A stretch of DNA of 57,860 nt, filler included, from Sphacelaria rigidula (taxonomy: Eukaryota), in NCBI GenBank assembly GCA_964200075.2. It is 6 parts of 6 records of this genome, joined end to end, with 100 filler letters (N's around TTAATTAATTAA, not from the genome) between each part and the next. Parts side by side here need not be neighbours in the genome. Positions count along the whole stretch, not along the records: positions 1 to 9,561 come from CAXNAA020008219.1; positions 9,662 to 19,222 come from CAXNAA020008220.1; 4 more parts are not named here. The stretch is one strand, 5' to 3'. Numbering within the stretch: position 1 is the stretch's first letter; the number at the start of each line of letters is the position of its first letter. Made by a program: the position numbers and the translations under genes. Positions 1-11,762 of this stretch are shown one piece after another. The notes under the pieces are model-generated. The model was not told the DNA's origin. It searched no databases and saw nothing but the letters and a program-made list of their open reading frames with translations.

Positions 1-386
1 CACCAAGCGCGAAGCGCCGTGGTGTGCTTGGCGAGTCGCATGAAGGGTGAGCTGCATCCTGGTAAGATTGGTCGGCCCGAAGCCCACCGATCATCTTGCA
101 TTTGGATGACAGCCTAGAAAACGTTGCTTCTTCTTTCTGGTATCGCCACTTCCAGAGACAGCCACGGCTTATGCACTGCCTCATGGGTGTCTTACCATGT
201 AAACACTACGTAGTACGACCATCCCCTTTGTGCGGAATTGAGGAGCTCCCACGCCGCACGACATGATCTAGCTCGACTACCATCATGGTTACCGCGAAAA
301 AAAATCAAGCGCGCGGAAACAAACCGGTAACCTCGTTGCCTAGCTTACGCAGTAAGTGGCGTGTTTCACAGACGCATCGCAAACCG
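1..386 (-). mobile_element. Family A non-autonomous retroposon (SINE-like), partial copy
   Basis: Colinear with the middle of the full copies at 26115-26677 and 44163-44742; cut by the window start. Strand is the inferred sense (LINE-like tail at the 3' end). Confidence 0.85.
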
Positions 387-491
387 GCATATGATTATAT
401 TGTGCAAAGTGGAAGACCCAAACTCCGCGCGAAGGGGATAACCGCACCACGTAGGCTGTCGATGATGAGACAACCATCAGGCAGTGTGTAA

Positions 492-790
492 CCCATGGCC
501 TGTCTCTGAAAGTGGCCCTACCATAAAATGAAGCAGCTCATCGTAGGCTGTTATTTATGTGCAAGACAATCAGTACGCTGCGGGTCAAACAAAACAATCT
601 CAGCAGGATGCAGCTCACCCTTCATGCGACTCGCCGAACACATCACGGCGCTTTGCGCTTGGAGATTCACTGAGAGCCTGGTCGGGCGCAAACCCGGCGT
701 GCTCCGCCCCGGTTTTTTAGGGATGCAAGGTCAACGGTCTGTTGACTATGACATGCAAAATCATGAGTACCTCCCACACACCCTCCCCCC
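492..790 (+). mobile_element. Family A, 5'-truncated copy
   Basis: Reverse complement of 44163-44450; ends in catgagtac followed by a C-rich tract. Confidence 0.85.
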
Positions 791-801
791 CTTCCCCGTT
801 C

Positions 802-950
802 GAACACGTCACGGTGCTTCGCCCTTGGTGATTGATTGCGAGCCTGGTGCGGCGAAAACCCGGCGTGCTCTGTCCCCGCTTTGTAGGGATGCGAGATAAA
901 TGGCCATATGGTTATGGCGTGCAAGATCATGAGTACATTCCCCCCTTCCC
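802..950 (+). mobile_element. Family A, 5'-truncated copy
   Basis: 3' ~150 bp of family A, ending catgagtacattcccccc. Confidence 0.85.
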
Positions 951-1489
951 CGCTGCCCGCCCGACCCTCTTTTCCGTTGAAATGTCACACATGTGGAAAG
1001 CTCACCGAGGGATAAGTAGGCGTACTTTCCATGCCGAACGATATCATCTTGAGCGTCATGCACGCGCAGAACAGCCCAAACCATAGGCCCGACGCCACTC
1101 CCCACTCGACGTGGTGAACGTTTTGGGTCCACACGGCAAATCCCCATACGCAGCACACCGGCAGCGCAACGGCAGCCGCGGGTCCCAGTATGGCAGCAGT
1201 ACCAGTTGAAGAAGAAATAGATGGAGACGACGAGAAAGAAGACAAGCGTGCGTGCAGGGGGTACACCAGGACGCCTAACGCCGCGACGACTGCCCTGTGT
1301 CCGTGTGTAAGGGCGATGTGCGAGATCGGCGAGAGGGTAAGGCGGCGACGGAGGGCGGCGGGGACAAAGTGGAACTCACGGAATGTTGGCACTCTCGCTA
1401 TGCCTTGGGAAGTACACGGCATAAAAGTGCGGAGAATGGCAAATAGTTACAATCTTGACCCCTTTGGAACCCACTGACGTTTTATTGTT

Positions 1490-1541
1490 GTGAATCGGCA
1501 TCAGTTCAAGCCATTTTCAAGTCAAAATGATGCCGATTTAC
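1490..1541. repeat. Short inverted repeat, homologous to 49288-49335
   Basis: gtgaatcggcatca ... tgatgccgatttac arms. Confidence 0.7.
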
Positions 1542-4500
1542 GCAAACAAAACTCGTCAGTGGGTTCCAAAAGGGTTGAACACGGGCTTGTGTCAAGTATG
1601 CTTACTGCGGACTGTTCGGGCGTCAAAGTAATCGCTTGGATTTCCGGGTGACCGAATGAGAACAGCGAAAGCGTCCTTTCGTGAACGAGCGCATGTCGAT
1701 GGGAGCACATGTGTGACACGGAATACGCATGATTCATGTGCTGCCCGCCGGGGGGACTGAACGGCCAGGTCATCACAATGAGGTTCAAAAACAGGTGGAA
1801 GGAAAAGCAGTAAGGACGAAAAAAAGACGTGGGAATGAACAGCTACCTTGAAACATATCTTCAGCCCATTTGGCCCATGACAGTTGAATCTTTACGGATG
1901 AAGCTAAGCATGAATTGGTCTGATGTCGTTCATCTGTTTTATTGGGGGCGCTTTGACAATAACGGTCCGCACATATGAGATTAAACACAAGGCAACAGAC
2001 CATGAAGTGCGTATATCACCACCTACTCCAGCCCGAAAGTAGATACAGGCAAACGCTCAACTTAGAGCTGTCCAGACCAAAAGCCCAAACCACTCAAAAA
2101 TCGATCCCGACGGATAGGCGAGGCGCCCACAGCCCATGTAGAGGATGTACATCACCTTTTGCGCAAGAAGAGCGCACTTTAGGGCCAAACAACACCACGG
2201 AACGCAAGGACCTTACAATGTACCACCATTTTTTCCGACAGCGGAGTAGGTATACCCACCAAAAATCAATAACTTCGTCTTGTGTCCTATTTTGTCTTAC
2301 GCCATTCCCTATTATGTCCAGAGTGTACCCCCCTTTGCCACTGTCGATCTTCTACATCCGCCGTCCAACCCATCGCACGGCACAGAATATAACGAACGAG
2401 AAATATCTCCAGCTCTTCTCTTCACCTCTCTCTACGGCATAGAGACTCAAGCCCCCAGCATCGGCGATTCCCAAAGCAAGCAAACGAGACCCCGCCGGCA
2501 TGATTGACACACCGCACGACGGTTGCGCGCGGGCGCGCGCAACGGCACAACACGTTTCGACAAATTTCGGAACACAGCGGCTGAACCCCTCCGTCGCTCA
2601 GGCATCGCTCAGGCGTACCGCGCAACCGCGTCGACGCAACTTGTCCTACAGGGCGCTCGCCATGTGCAATACAATCGTAGGAGAAGTAAAGGTAGACGAA
2701 AAAATCGTGGGGAATAATACATGAAGTGGTTGTGGACCATGGGGCGACGAGAAGACAAGAGAACAAGTCAAAGTGCCGCGCGAAGTAACTATTGGGGGAC
2801 TTGGGGGAGATCCAAATGTGAAGCGCCATAATATTCACTTATATTCGTTCGAAGGATCCTGTTCTTTCCACACATGAACGGCGGTCTGGACTGCTCGTGA
2901 CGATTATCATGCCGTGTCTTATCGAGACGTTAAAAGAGGCCAAAACAAGAGCGAGTAAGAGAGCTGACCTGATCAGAACGACCACTTCGGGTCCTACTGA
3001 GGAAACGTAGAACAGTCTTCCTTGGACCAGCGGTGTTTCTGTCGACGCTGGACACAGTCGGAAACAGGTGTGGAAATATCAACGGGCGTCACTGAAAACA
3101 CCTAGCCGTGCAAACAAGTGTAGAGTAAGACACAGTCGCGGACAGCGGGTGTGACTTATCCTACCCAGACAGTAGGTGTATGTAGGTCGTAGCTTCTCAC
3201 TCGGTGAACGGACACGGAGTGTACTGAGCCGAGACGTGAACTTGGACTTGACGGACTTTGCAAGGTAGGCTTTGGGTTGAAATACAGATTGCCTGGGTAC
3301 GGGGCTCCCACGTGGGGCCTCCAAGACGGGAGAATGACGATCTCAGACTGGGGATTGGAGGACGACAGTCCCAGGGTAACAGGCCAGGGAAAACCGTCCG
3401 GGTTGACTAGCCCGGGGTCATTAGTAAGCGGGTCGGGTCATGTAGAGGTCATAATAACACACCACTCCAGCTACAGCGGTGTTAGCGCGCGATTCCACTG
3501 AAGCTATAAACTGGGATGTGAACTGCTAGGAACAAGACCTGACGAGTTTACTGATATCCAATCCACTAATGTGGCATGAAACATTCCACGAGACGTTGTA
3601 GAGATATGCGCACATTAAACGACACTTGCAAAGACTGAGACGAGACGACACCGTGACTTTTTTTTTCAGAATAAATCCTCAACGAAGGAGCAAATACATA
3701 CTTCGAAGTATATATTAGTCATTTTAGTCAGATAGGCGGCAAACCTGCAGGGTTTTGACACATGCATTCGCGGAAAACGCGTATGTGAGGCAGAACGATT
3801 TCTTGCCGAAACATGGACACTTGTGACAGGCGTGTGACTTCTGAAAAAATATTGACTGACGCGTGGCGCAAGACGTAATTAAACAATGATGGGTTTATTT
3901 TTGCCACCAAAGACATGACATTTTTCACTTCTACTTGAACATGGTCATGATTGAACGGACTGTGACGAAATGTGACCGTGAATATAATTGTTGACGAGAT
4001 GAGACGAGACATGTGCAAGACGAAAGATGAATGATGTGGGCAAAACATGATGTTTTCTGGGGTCTTAATCCATAAGCGTTCATCCTGTTTGCCCAGTGAT
4101 CAATGAATCGGTGGAACGTACGACGATGAATATCGAAAAAAAATGTTGGCGTTTTCTAGTACAACCACCTGGGGTCCTAATCCAACAGGCGTGAAATACC
4201 CACCCTTTCAAGTATTCGAGGGTGCAAGATCGTGAAATCAGAACTTGTTGTTTCATGGAGGTAAGTGTGAGTATGAAGTGGTGATAGGGTGAACGCGCAC
4301 GCAACATAGCAACTGACTGGAGTCCTAATTCATCAGTGGTGCGAGGTTGATGGCTGTTTCCCAATATTTTGAGTATTGATAGTGGAAGAGCCTGACAAAG
4401 ACGAACATTCATTTAATTAATGCACTAAACCCACCAACATAATGGCGAGGAGTACCGGCCTTGAAATCCAGGGAACCAAATTCGGGATTCACCAACGAAA

Positions 4501-4830
4501 GGAAATACGAAGACGACGAACCACTTGATTCTGTTACGCAACCATATTTGTATTGCGACGAGAACAGAGGACAACAAAATAATAAATATACTGTTTAAAT
4601 ATGAAAATGATGAATGACTACGGTGCTGAAGTGTACGATGTAAAAAAAGCAAAAAAAACGAGAAAAAAATGTCAGTGACGAGACTAAACGAGAGGGAAAA
4701 AAGAAGGTGATACACAATGTGACTTACCATGTAAAATGTGACCAACAAACAAAAATATATTTACAACAATTGACAACCGATACATATATTTTCTCGAGGA
4801 CGATTGTAGTAATCGGCTACCTTTGACTTT

Positions 4831-4859
4831 GTCGTATCATCCCCCCGGCCAAACCCCCA
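4831..4859 (-). other. Possible polypurine tract and start of the 3' LTR of the gypsy element in piece 1
   Basis: The minus strand reads GGGGGTTTGGCCGGGGGGA|TGATACGAC about 350 bp downstream of the pol remnants. The other LTR boundary was not identified. Confidence 0.4.
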
Positions 4860-5159
4860 GGAGAGAAACACGAGACTGTCGGAGCACGACGGTGGATGTG
4901 GACGGTCGGCTCGACAAAATAGACTGTATACATGAAAACATATGTACACCCAAGTCCTGACTGAGGATGTGGTATATCACCCCAGTCGACGTACACACGC
5001 AAACGAAGAACCATGTTCACTTCAGGTTCGGACATCAGGAACCGAGACGAGGTGCAGAATACACCGGTACACCTATGGCGAACGACGCGTGGCGACAACT
5101 AGTATGTACACACGGCACCGAAAAACGTGACAAAAAGACAAACTCCCCAAAAACATCAA

Positions 5160-8100
5160 AAAGGTACGGACAGCTTTTCGTAGCCCCCACGGAGTTGCTA
5201 CTTTTTGCTGTTCAACAGTGCGGGGAACATCGAACGCTGACGAATCCTTCGATAAAGTGATGACCCGATACACTTCCATCATCTCCCGACACTGGGGAAC
5301 CTCTCCATGATGCATCCAGATGCCAATCGCTGGTGCACGACCTTTTTTTTAACATGGTACTGGAAGTTGATCGAAGACGCCCTGACAACTCCTCGCTGGT
5401 GACCATCGATGTCATCGACCATGTAGGGACCCTGCTTGACAACAGTGAGGGAGCCTTCGAGGGCTGGGACTGGTGACGGTTGTACCGAAAAAAAATGTCG
5501 TCGCAGGCTGGAAGATCGGGGACAGACAAGTTGAGGGGCGGGAGGTACTTTTTCGACCTTCCGACGAGAACGGCGATAGGACACATATCGCCGTCTTCAC
5601 TGACGCAATAAATGGCTGGGGACAACTGTGCACGGACCGTACATGGACCGCGCCACGGGCTGATTAGTTTGGGATTTGGAACCAGTTGCTGTGTAGGGAC
5701 GGTGGAGGAGGACCTGCTCTCCCATTTTGAATTGGGGAAATGACAACTTAGCGTTGACAGATGCTTGTGAATCAGCTCGCTCTTTACGATTACGTCGGGC
5801 TAACTCATACACCAGTTGTAACTGCTCGACGGTCTGCCTGGGTATACTCCAACGATGACTGTGCAGGCGATGTCGACGGGACATCGAGAATGATATTTAC
5901 TGTAACACTGTAGGGCGGCCAAACATGACAAAGTGGGGCGTTTCTTGCAGCGTAGTAGAGTAGGCAGTATTATGTGCCAGTTGTAATAAGGGCAAAAAAA
6001 TCAGCCAAATGTCGACACGCAATAGCCCTGTACATAGCGAGCATGTTGTGGGCGGTACTGTGAACACGCTCAAGGACGGAGTTGCCTTGGGGACGATAGG
6101 TAGAGGTACGAGTTTCCTTGTACCCAAAGACAGTTTGAAGTTGCTTGACAAGTTATTTTCGGTTGGTCTGAATGTAACGTTTCTGACGGACCGAAGACAA
6201 ATGAGACGTGTGACTAGCTGACGGACGGCGGTAGTCGTGGGCTTGTCAGGCACGGCGATTCAAACGACAAACCGAAGTAAATGGTCGATGACAGACAAGA
6301 TGTAACGGTTACCCCGATAGAGGCTTTTGTACTCGACCAAGTCTACTGCTACACACTGAAAGCCGCGGGTGACTTCCCGGTGTCCCATGGGGAGCTGAGG
6401 TGTGCGACGAGACGTTTCACGATGTTGGCACGACTGACAATGGTCGATATGCCGTTAAACTTCGGCATCGATGGAGGGCCACCAATGGCGGTCTCTAATC
6501 CGGTCAAAAGCGGCTTTGAAGGCGAAGTGACCACCTGACGCGGGTATATCGTGACACGCGTTGGTGACTAACGATCGAAATACCCTGGGGACTACCAGCT
6601 GATCGCGAAAACCCGATCGTTTACGCAAATTAGCCGGTAGGTATGACCTGAAAAGCCGTCCTTCAAGAAGGAAGAAATGACTCATCGAGTACTTGGTTTC
6701 CTTACGTGAGAGTGGACTAGACTCTTGTTCACGCAGGTATGCAAAATATTGACTGTAATCTGCTTCCTGTTGAGTGGTACACTGGTCGGGACCAACAAGG
6801 GGGCACACTGACCGAACTCGCGAGTAAGTCGCGATCGCTTTCGACGGGGGCGATATCATTCAGATTGTGAGCTGAAACTTCAAACTCACGGGCTGACGGG
6901 TGAATGATATGGTTGATCTTCGGGGACATTCCGACAAATATGCCGCAAGGCGAGGTTTAGGGACAACATCCTCGCCGTTAGTATTGCCAAACAAACGTGA
7001 CAACGCATCGGGTACGACATTGAATTTACCCGGGACATGCTTTACTAAAAAATCAAAGCCTTGCAGTTGAATCGACCAACGGGTAAGCATGTTACTGGTG
7101 TCCTGCATCTGATAAAAATGGAGCGCTTGATGATCCGTGCAGACCGTAAAATGTCTACACCACAAGTGCGAACGGAAATGCATGAGCGTCGAGACTACGC
7201 CGCAACATTCTCTGTTGGTGGGGCTAGAGTGACGCTGAGACTTGGAAAAGCATCTACAAAAATACGCGATAATATTGACATCATCGAGGGACTTAGAGTT
7301 TGAGGTGGTGTTACCACAAAAATCACCCAGAGCTACGTCTGGGGCGTCTGTGTGTACTACAAAACCTCTCGTGAAATCCGGAAATTTCAAGACTGGTGCA
7401 GCGGCCAACACGCGCTTGATGAGGTCAAAAGCTGCGGACTGTCCAGGACCCTAAGCTTTCAAAATGTCATGTATCTCTTCACAAACGTTTTGCGTGAGAG
7501 CGACGAGGGGACCAGTAATGTAGGCGTAACCTTTATGAAACGCCTGACAAAATAAACCAAACCCAAGACTGACCGAAGTTTTTTTATTGACTTGGGGTGG
7601 TCGAGATCGCAGATCGCTTCAGTGCGGTCTTTACCGATGGAGACACCTTCGGCAGTGACCTAGATACGATGCTTCCTTGGGACCGAACTGAATTTTGGAC
7701 GGTTTGAGGGTCAGACCTGCTGCTCGAAATACGGAAAACATGAGACGAAGGGACTTGAGGTGTTCGTCGAATGTGTTACTGGTGCACAGAATATCATCCG
7801 TGTAACACAGTATACCAGAGTCCGGACCCATATGTCCGAAGACGATAGACATCATACGTTGATACAAGCAAGGGGGGTGTACTCATGATCATGCGTGCCA
7901 TAGTCATATGACCATTGACCTCGCATCCCTTCAAAGCCAGGACGGAGCACGCCGGGTTTTCGCCGAACCAGGCTCGCACTCGATCACGAAGCGCGAAGCG
8001 CCGTGGTGTGTTCAGCGAGTCGCACGAAGGGTGAGCTGCATTCTGCTAAGATTGGTCGGCCCAAAGCCTAGTGATCATCTTGCATTTGCATGCCAGCCTA

Positions 8101-8419
8101 CAATGAGATGCTTTATTTTCTGGTATCGCCACTTTCGGAGACAGCCACGGCTTATACACTGCCTCATGGATGTCTCACCAGATATGACAGCTAACGGCGT
8201 GCATAAAAACACATGTCTACCGGACGGGGTAGTGAAAGCTGTCTTGTCTACATCCTCAGCTGCGACAGGAAGTTGCCAGAAGGCCAACATGACGTCCGCG
8301 ACAGTGATGAAATGATCCTTGCCGACAGCATTCAAACACGTATCCATATTGGACAGCAAATTGTCGGTGAGTCACCCTTTTCTTTCGTGACGGTACATGA
8401 CAGGGAGCCCCAGGCGCTA
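5160..8419 (-). mobile_element. Degenerate Ty3/gypsy LTR retrotransposon pol (RT, RNase H, integrase, probable chromodomain); frameshifted pseudogene
   Basis: Minus-strand ORF fragments in gypsy order: RT (KTAFTTPSG, CYTDDIL), RNase H (VVHTDA, VCTDHQAL, HVPGKFNVVPDALSR), integrase Zn finger (ACHDIPASGGHF...HWWP), integrase core (LAHNTAYSTTLQETPHFVMFGR), then C-terminal remnants. Confidence 0.92.
7872..8181 (-). mobile_element. Family A short copy inserted inside the gypsy RT domain
   Basis: Interrupts RT between ...TPLAVI and CLYQRMMS...; begins ggggggtgtactcatg on +. Confidence 0.9.
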
Positions 8420-9520
8420 CGAGCTGGGCCAGCCTAAAAACGGATTTAAGCTCTAGGCGCAAACGCAACGCAAAATATCTCATCGGCACAGACGAGTTGG
8501 GCCGTGGTCCGCATATCGTATTAATCGTCTAACTAAGGGGAAGGTGCCCATCTGCTCAAAAATTTGGGCCCAGCTTTTCTCGTTGATTAAACCCCATGTC
8601 TAGTAATTCCTATACCTAACGGAGATGGCGTCCATACTTAAATCTCTATAAAACCCCCGATCGAGGTTTTCAGCGGGTGACGACGAATTTTGGTGTGGAC
8701 ATTCTTTGGGGCAAGAGGAGACGATAGATACCCTCACCTTCACCTAATTCGCGATCTATCTTGAGATATGGCGCACATAAGTTTCCATACTAAAATCAAT
8801 ATATTGCGAGCAGAGGCACTAGATTCTCCAAACCTGGATATCGCGTCTCAGAAGTTGATCCATAAAATTTCATGTGTTGAGTCGCTAGTGCATAATAAAT
8901 AACATGAAAACAGCTTGCTACCTTTTTTTTCTTCATTTTTTACTTCAATTTTTTTCAATTTGTTTTCGTGTCTCAAGTGGAGTTTTGAGGAGAAATAAAC
9001 GTTGCTCTTGGGCCTTATCTCAATGTTTCGGCTCAAAATTTAGAATTGTGATTTGAAAGTTAGCATGGAGAACCACGAAAGTGTGCCAATTGAAAAAAAA
9101 AATGGGCCTTCATTTTTTTATTCTTTTCATAGAGGTTTAGGTGTTCTCGTAAAGAAATGGTCTTTTACCATACTAGAACGCCCTCAACCAGTAAAAAATA
9201 TAAATAAACAAACAGTGACTCGCTTTGTTCTGTTGATTATACCTTAGCGCCCACACAACATTTCAATACACGAAAACCAAACGTGGGCCGGTGAATGGCC
9301 TTCGAAATAATGCTCCGAATTTCTACCAATCCGGCTCCTAGAAGGCGTTTGTTCCCCCCAATATTTACAGTTGGAGCGTAAATATTGGTATGGACAATAC
9401 ATGGGGCATTGAAAAAAAATTATCTTGCTACCAAAAGATTTTTTTTTTCATAAGTTAAGGGCAAAAATCAGTTTTCAGGTATCAGTAGAATGCCCTTGAC
9501 TCATAAAAAAATCAAGGGTC
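8420..9520. mobile_element. Family C Tc1/mariner-type non-autonomous TIR element, partial, opposite orientation to 12584-13779
   Basis: TA followed by CGAGCTGGGCCAGCCTAAAAACGGA; interior matches the reverse complement of the 12584-13779 copy. Confidence 0.85.
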
Positions 9521-9561
9521 GGACAAATAATGATTCGTCTGGAAATTACTTGGTTTTAGTA

Positions 9562-9661
9562 NNNNNNNNNNNNNNNNNNNNNNNNNNNNNNNNNNNNNNN
9601 NNNNNTTAATTAATTAANNNNNNNNNNNNNNNNNNNNNNNNNNNNNNNNNNNNNNNNNNNN
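9562..9661. other. Artificial contig linker
   Basis: 44 N + TTAATTAATTAA (stops in all six frames) + 44 N. Confidence 0.98.
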
Positions 9662-9919
9662 ATATTTTTTGAGGAGGGGGGGGGGGTGTGTCGTGTTCTC
9701 CTTCTTTTTTTTTTTTTTTTTTTTTTTTTTTCCCCCCCCCCCCCCCCCCCCCCCGCATAAATTTTAATTTGACAAACAGCGTGGATCGACACTACTCAAA
9801 ACCCATTCCGCCTCCCTTGTGTTTTTTGCAAATTATGTCGTGTTGGGGAGTCGATTCGATTCAATGATTTTTGTTTCGAAACTTTTTCGAAGGAATCTGA
9901 CGAACTGTACGTAAACAAT

Positions 9920-10065
9920 AGTTGGTACTTTGAAGATACCACCAACCCCAATGCCAACCCTTCCCCTAACCCCGACCAAGGCATACCGAGAACCCTCGGG
10001 CAAAGGGGGGCGCAAAGTGTCCCGTAGGCTACGGGTGCGTTGCCAGAGCTTAAGTCGACGCCCTT
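9920..10065. repeat. Family E interspersed repeat containing degenerate CCCTAA-like units
   Basis: cctaaccccgaccaaggcataccgagaaccctcgggcaa is shared with 15720-15872 and 19960-20100. Confidence 0.65.
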
Positions 10066-10772
10066 GGGCCGATTTTGGACCAAAACACGTTCTGGATGAG
10101 CTGGATCTACTGCTCACCACTGCTCACCTGCCTGAAGTCATGAATTTTCTCAGAACTTTATTCAGTCTAAAATCAAGTAAAATCGAGCATCAACCATTGT
10201 TTGCGTACATTTCGTCAGCTCTACTGACTTTTCCGTCCATATGTATGACTCAGTTTTTATATTTTCGTAGCTCCTTGGGCATGGTGTGCGTGCGCATACA
10301 TACTCGTACACACCGGTGCGGCATATCTTTCTTTCGCGTCGTATGAGGCATGGAGCAAGGTTTGATCGTGGGCTCGATATGACGTCTTCGATAATGGGTC
10401 GCTACTGCAATCGAGTTTGTACTCTCCGTCCGTGATGACTTCGCCTTTGCCCCGGGGTGCAGTAGTACCCGTTATCGAGTGCGCAGATTTTTTTTGGGGG
10501 GGGAGGAAGGACAGCACGAGAGTAGGGCAACGTGTGCACTGCGACGGGGGGTTTAAGTGGATTCAACTGCCACACCGCCTTGAGCAGAGCGCTCCGAACG
10601 CCCGAGGCTTCTACCCCGTATGACTGACGCGAGGCGGTCTAGCAGTTTAGCCGGGCCTCCGGATGATTGGCACACGAAGCCGATAGCGGTGTGAGTGTTG
10701 GGTGAGGTTGTGAGGTTAAAAGATAAAGATGCCCGCGAAGCACACAAAGATATACATATACACACAGCAGAA

Positions 10773-10775
<3 letters not shown>

Positions 10776-10803
<28 letters not shown>
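10776..10803. repeat. (AT)n microsatellite
   Basis: Direct reading. Confidence 0.95.
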
Positions 10804-11229
10804 CGTGAACCTGACAACATGAACGATTTTAGTAACAATACTGACAAACAGCAGCGTGTGCACCCTCCTCCCCCTATCACGGCAAAACGCTGCGCTGCAC
10901 GTCATTCTCGGCTGAACACACGACGTTTAGTTTTACTTACGTCGCTCCTCCTGCCGAGCGCCTCTTTTATTTAATAAATTCATGTACTATGGCATTCGTT
11001 TACGCCTGTATGAAAAAAGGAACATCATCCATTAACTCGTGGGACTGTCAGCAGACAAACTCTCAGAGCAGAGAGCATGGCTGTCAGCGAACAAAATCTC
11101 AGAACAACGAGCATCGAGCGCTCAGAGGTTTAATCACCCTCATATTCAGCACCCCCCTTCCCTCCCCCTTTCCCGCCGCCACCCGCTTCCCTACCTACCC
11201 CCTGTGCTGCGTGGCACCCACGGTAACAG

Positions 11230-11481
11230 GAAAAGCCTCCGACGCGCTCGGACGCAAAAACGCCATCGCGATGGCGTGTATCATCTTCATCATTGGCGCG
11301 GCCGGGATGATTCTCGCGCAAGACTACGGTCAGCTATTGGCGGGTCGGATCCTCACGGGGTTGGGCATGGGGTGTGGGTTCGTGGTGGCACCGGTGTACA
11401 TTACCGAAATCACGCCTCCGCACATTCGGGGAAGGCTCGTGGCACTTACCGACATCATGATCAACATGGGGATCTTGCTGG
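11230..11481 (+). CDS. MFS sugar-porter family transporter (polyol/monosaccharide transporter-like), internal exon
   Basis: aacag acceptor and gtgcgt donor. Encodes SDALGRK (DxxGRK loop), GRILTGLGMG, PVYITEITPPHIRG and INMGILLG. Confidence 0.93.
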
Positions 11482-11505
11482 GTGCGTGCTGGTTCGAGGA
11501 GGAAG

Positions 11506-11645
11506 GGGGGGGGGGGGGGGGAACTCAGTTGGGGTTTGCCGCGTGAATCCGACCATGTCCCACACACCCCCTTCTAGGTCGGAGGGGGGGGGGNNNNNNN
11601 NNNGGGGGGGTGTCATTACAGTAAAAGGTGGGGGTGGGGGGGGGT

Positions 11646-11691
<46 letters not shown>

Positions 11692-11762
11692 ACTCAGTTG
11701 GTGCTTGCCTTGGGCATTCGACCATTGACCACGCATCCCTTTCTAGGTTCGAGGACGGGGGG
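11506..11762 (-). mobile_element. Stacked short LINE 3'-end fragments within a poly-G tract (contains a 10-N gap at 11594-11603)
   Basis: Two extra copies of tactca-(g/t)ttg-tgcttgcc...gaccattgaccacgcatccc separated by G runs; the first copy is noisy. Confidence 0.65.

Noticed and set aside
2750-4830. LTR plus gag of a tandem gypsy copy
   Set aside because: The position fits, but I could not identify a second LTR boundary, a PBS or a gag motif.
9606-9617. TTAATTAATTAA as a recurring biological motif
   Set aside because: Always centred in exactly 100 bp of N padding; it is an assembly spacer.
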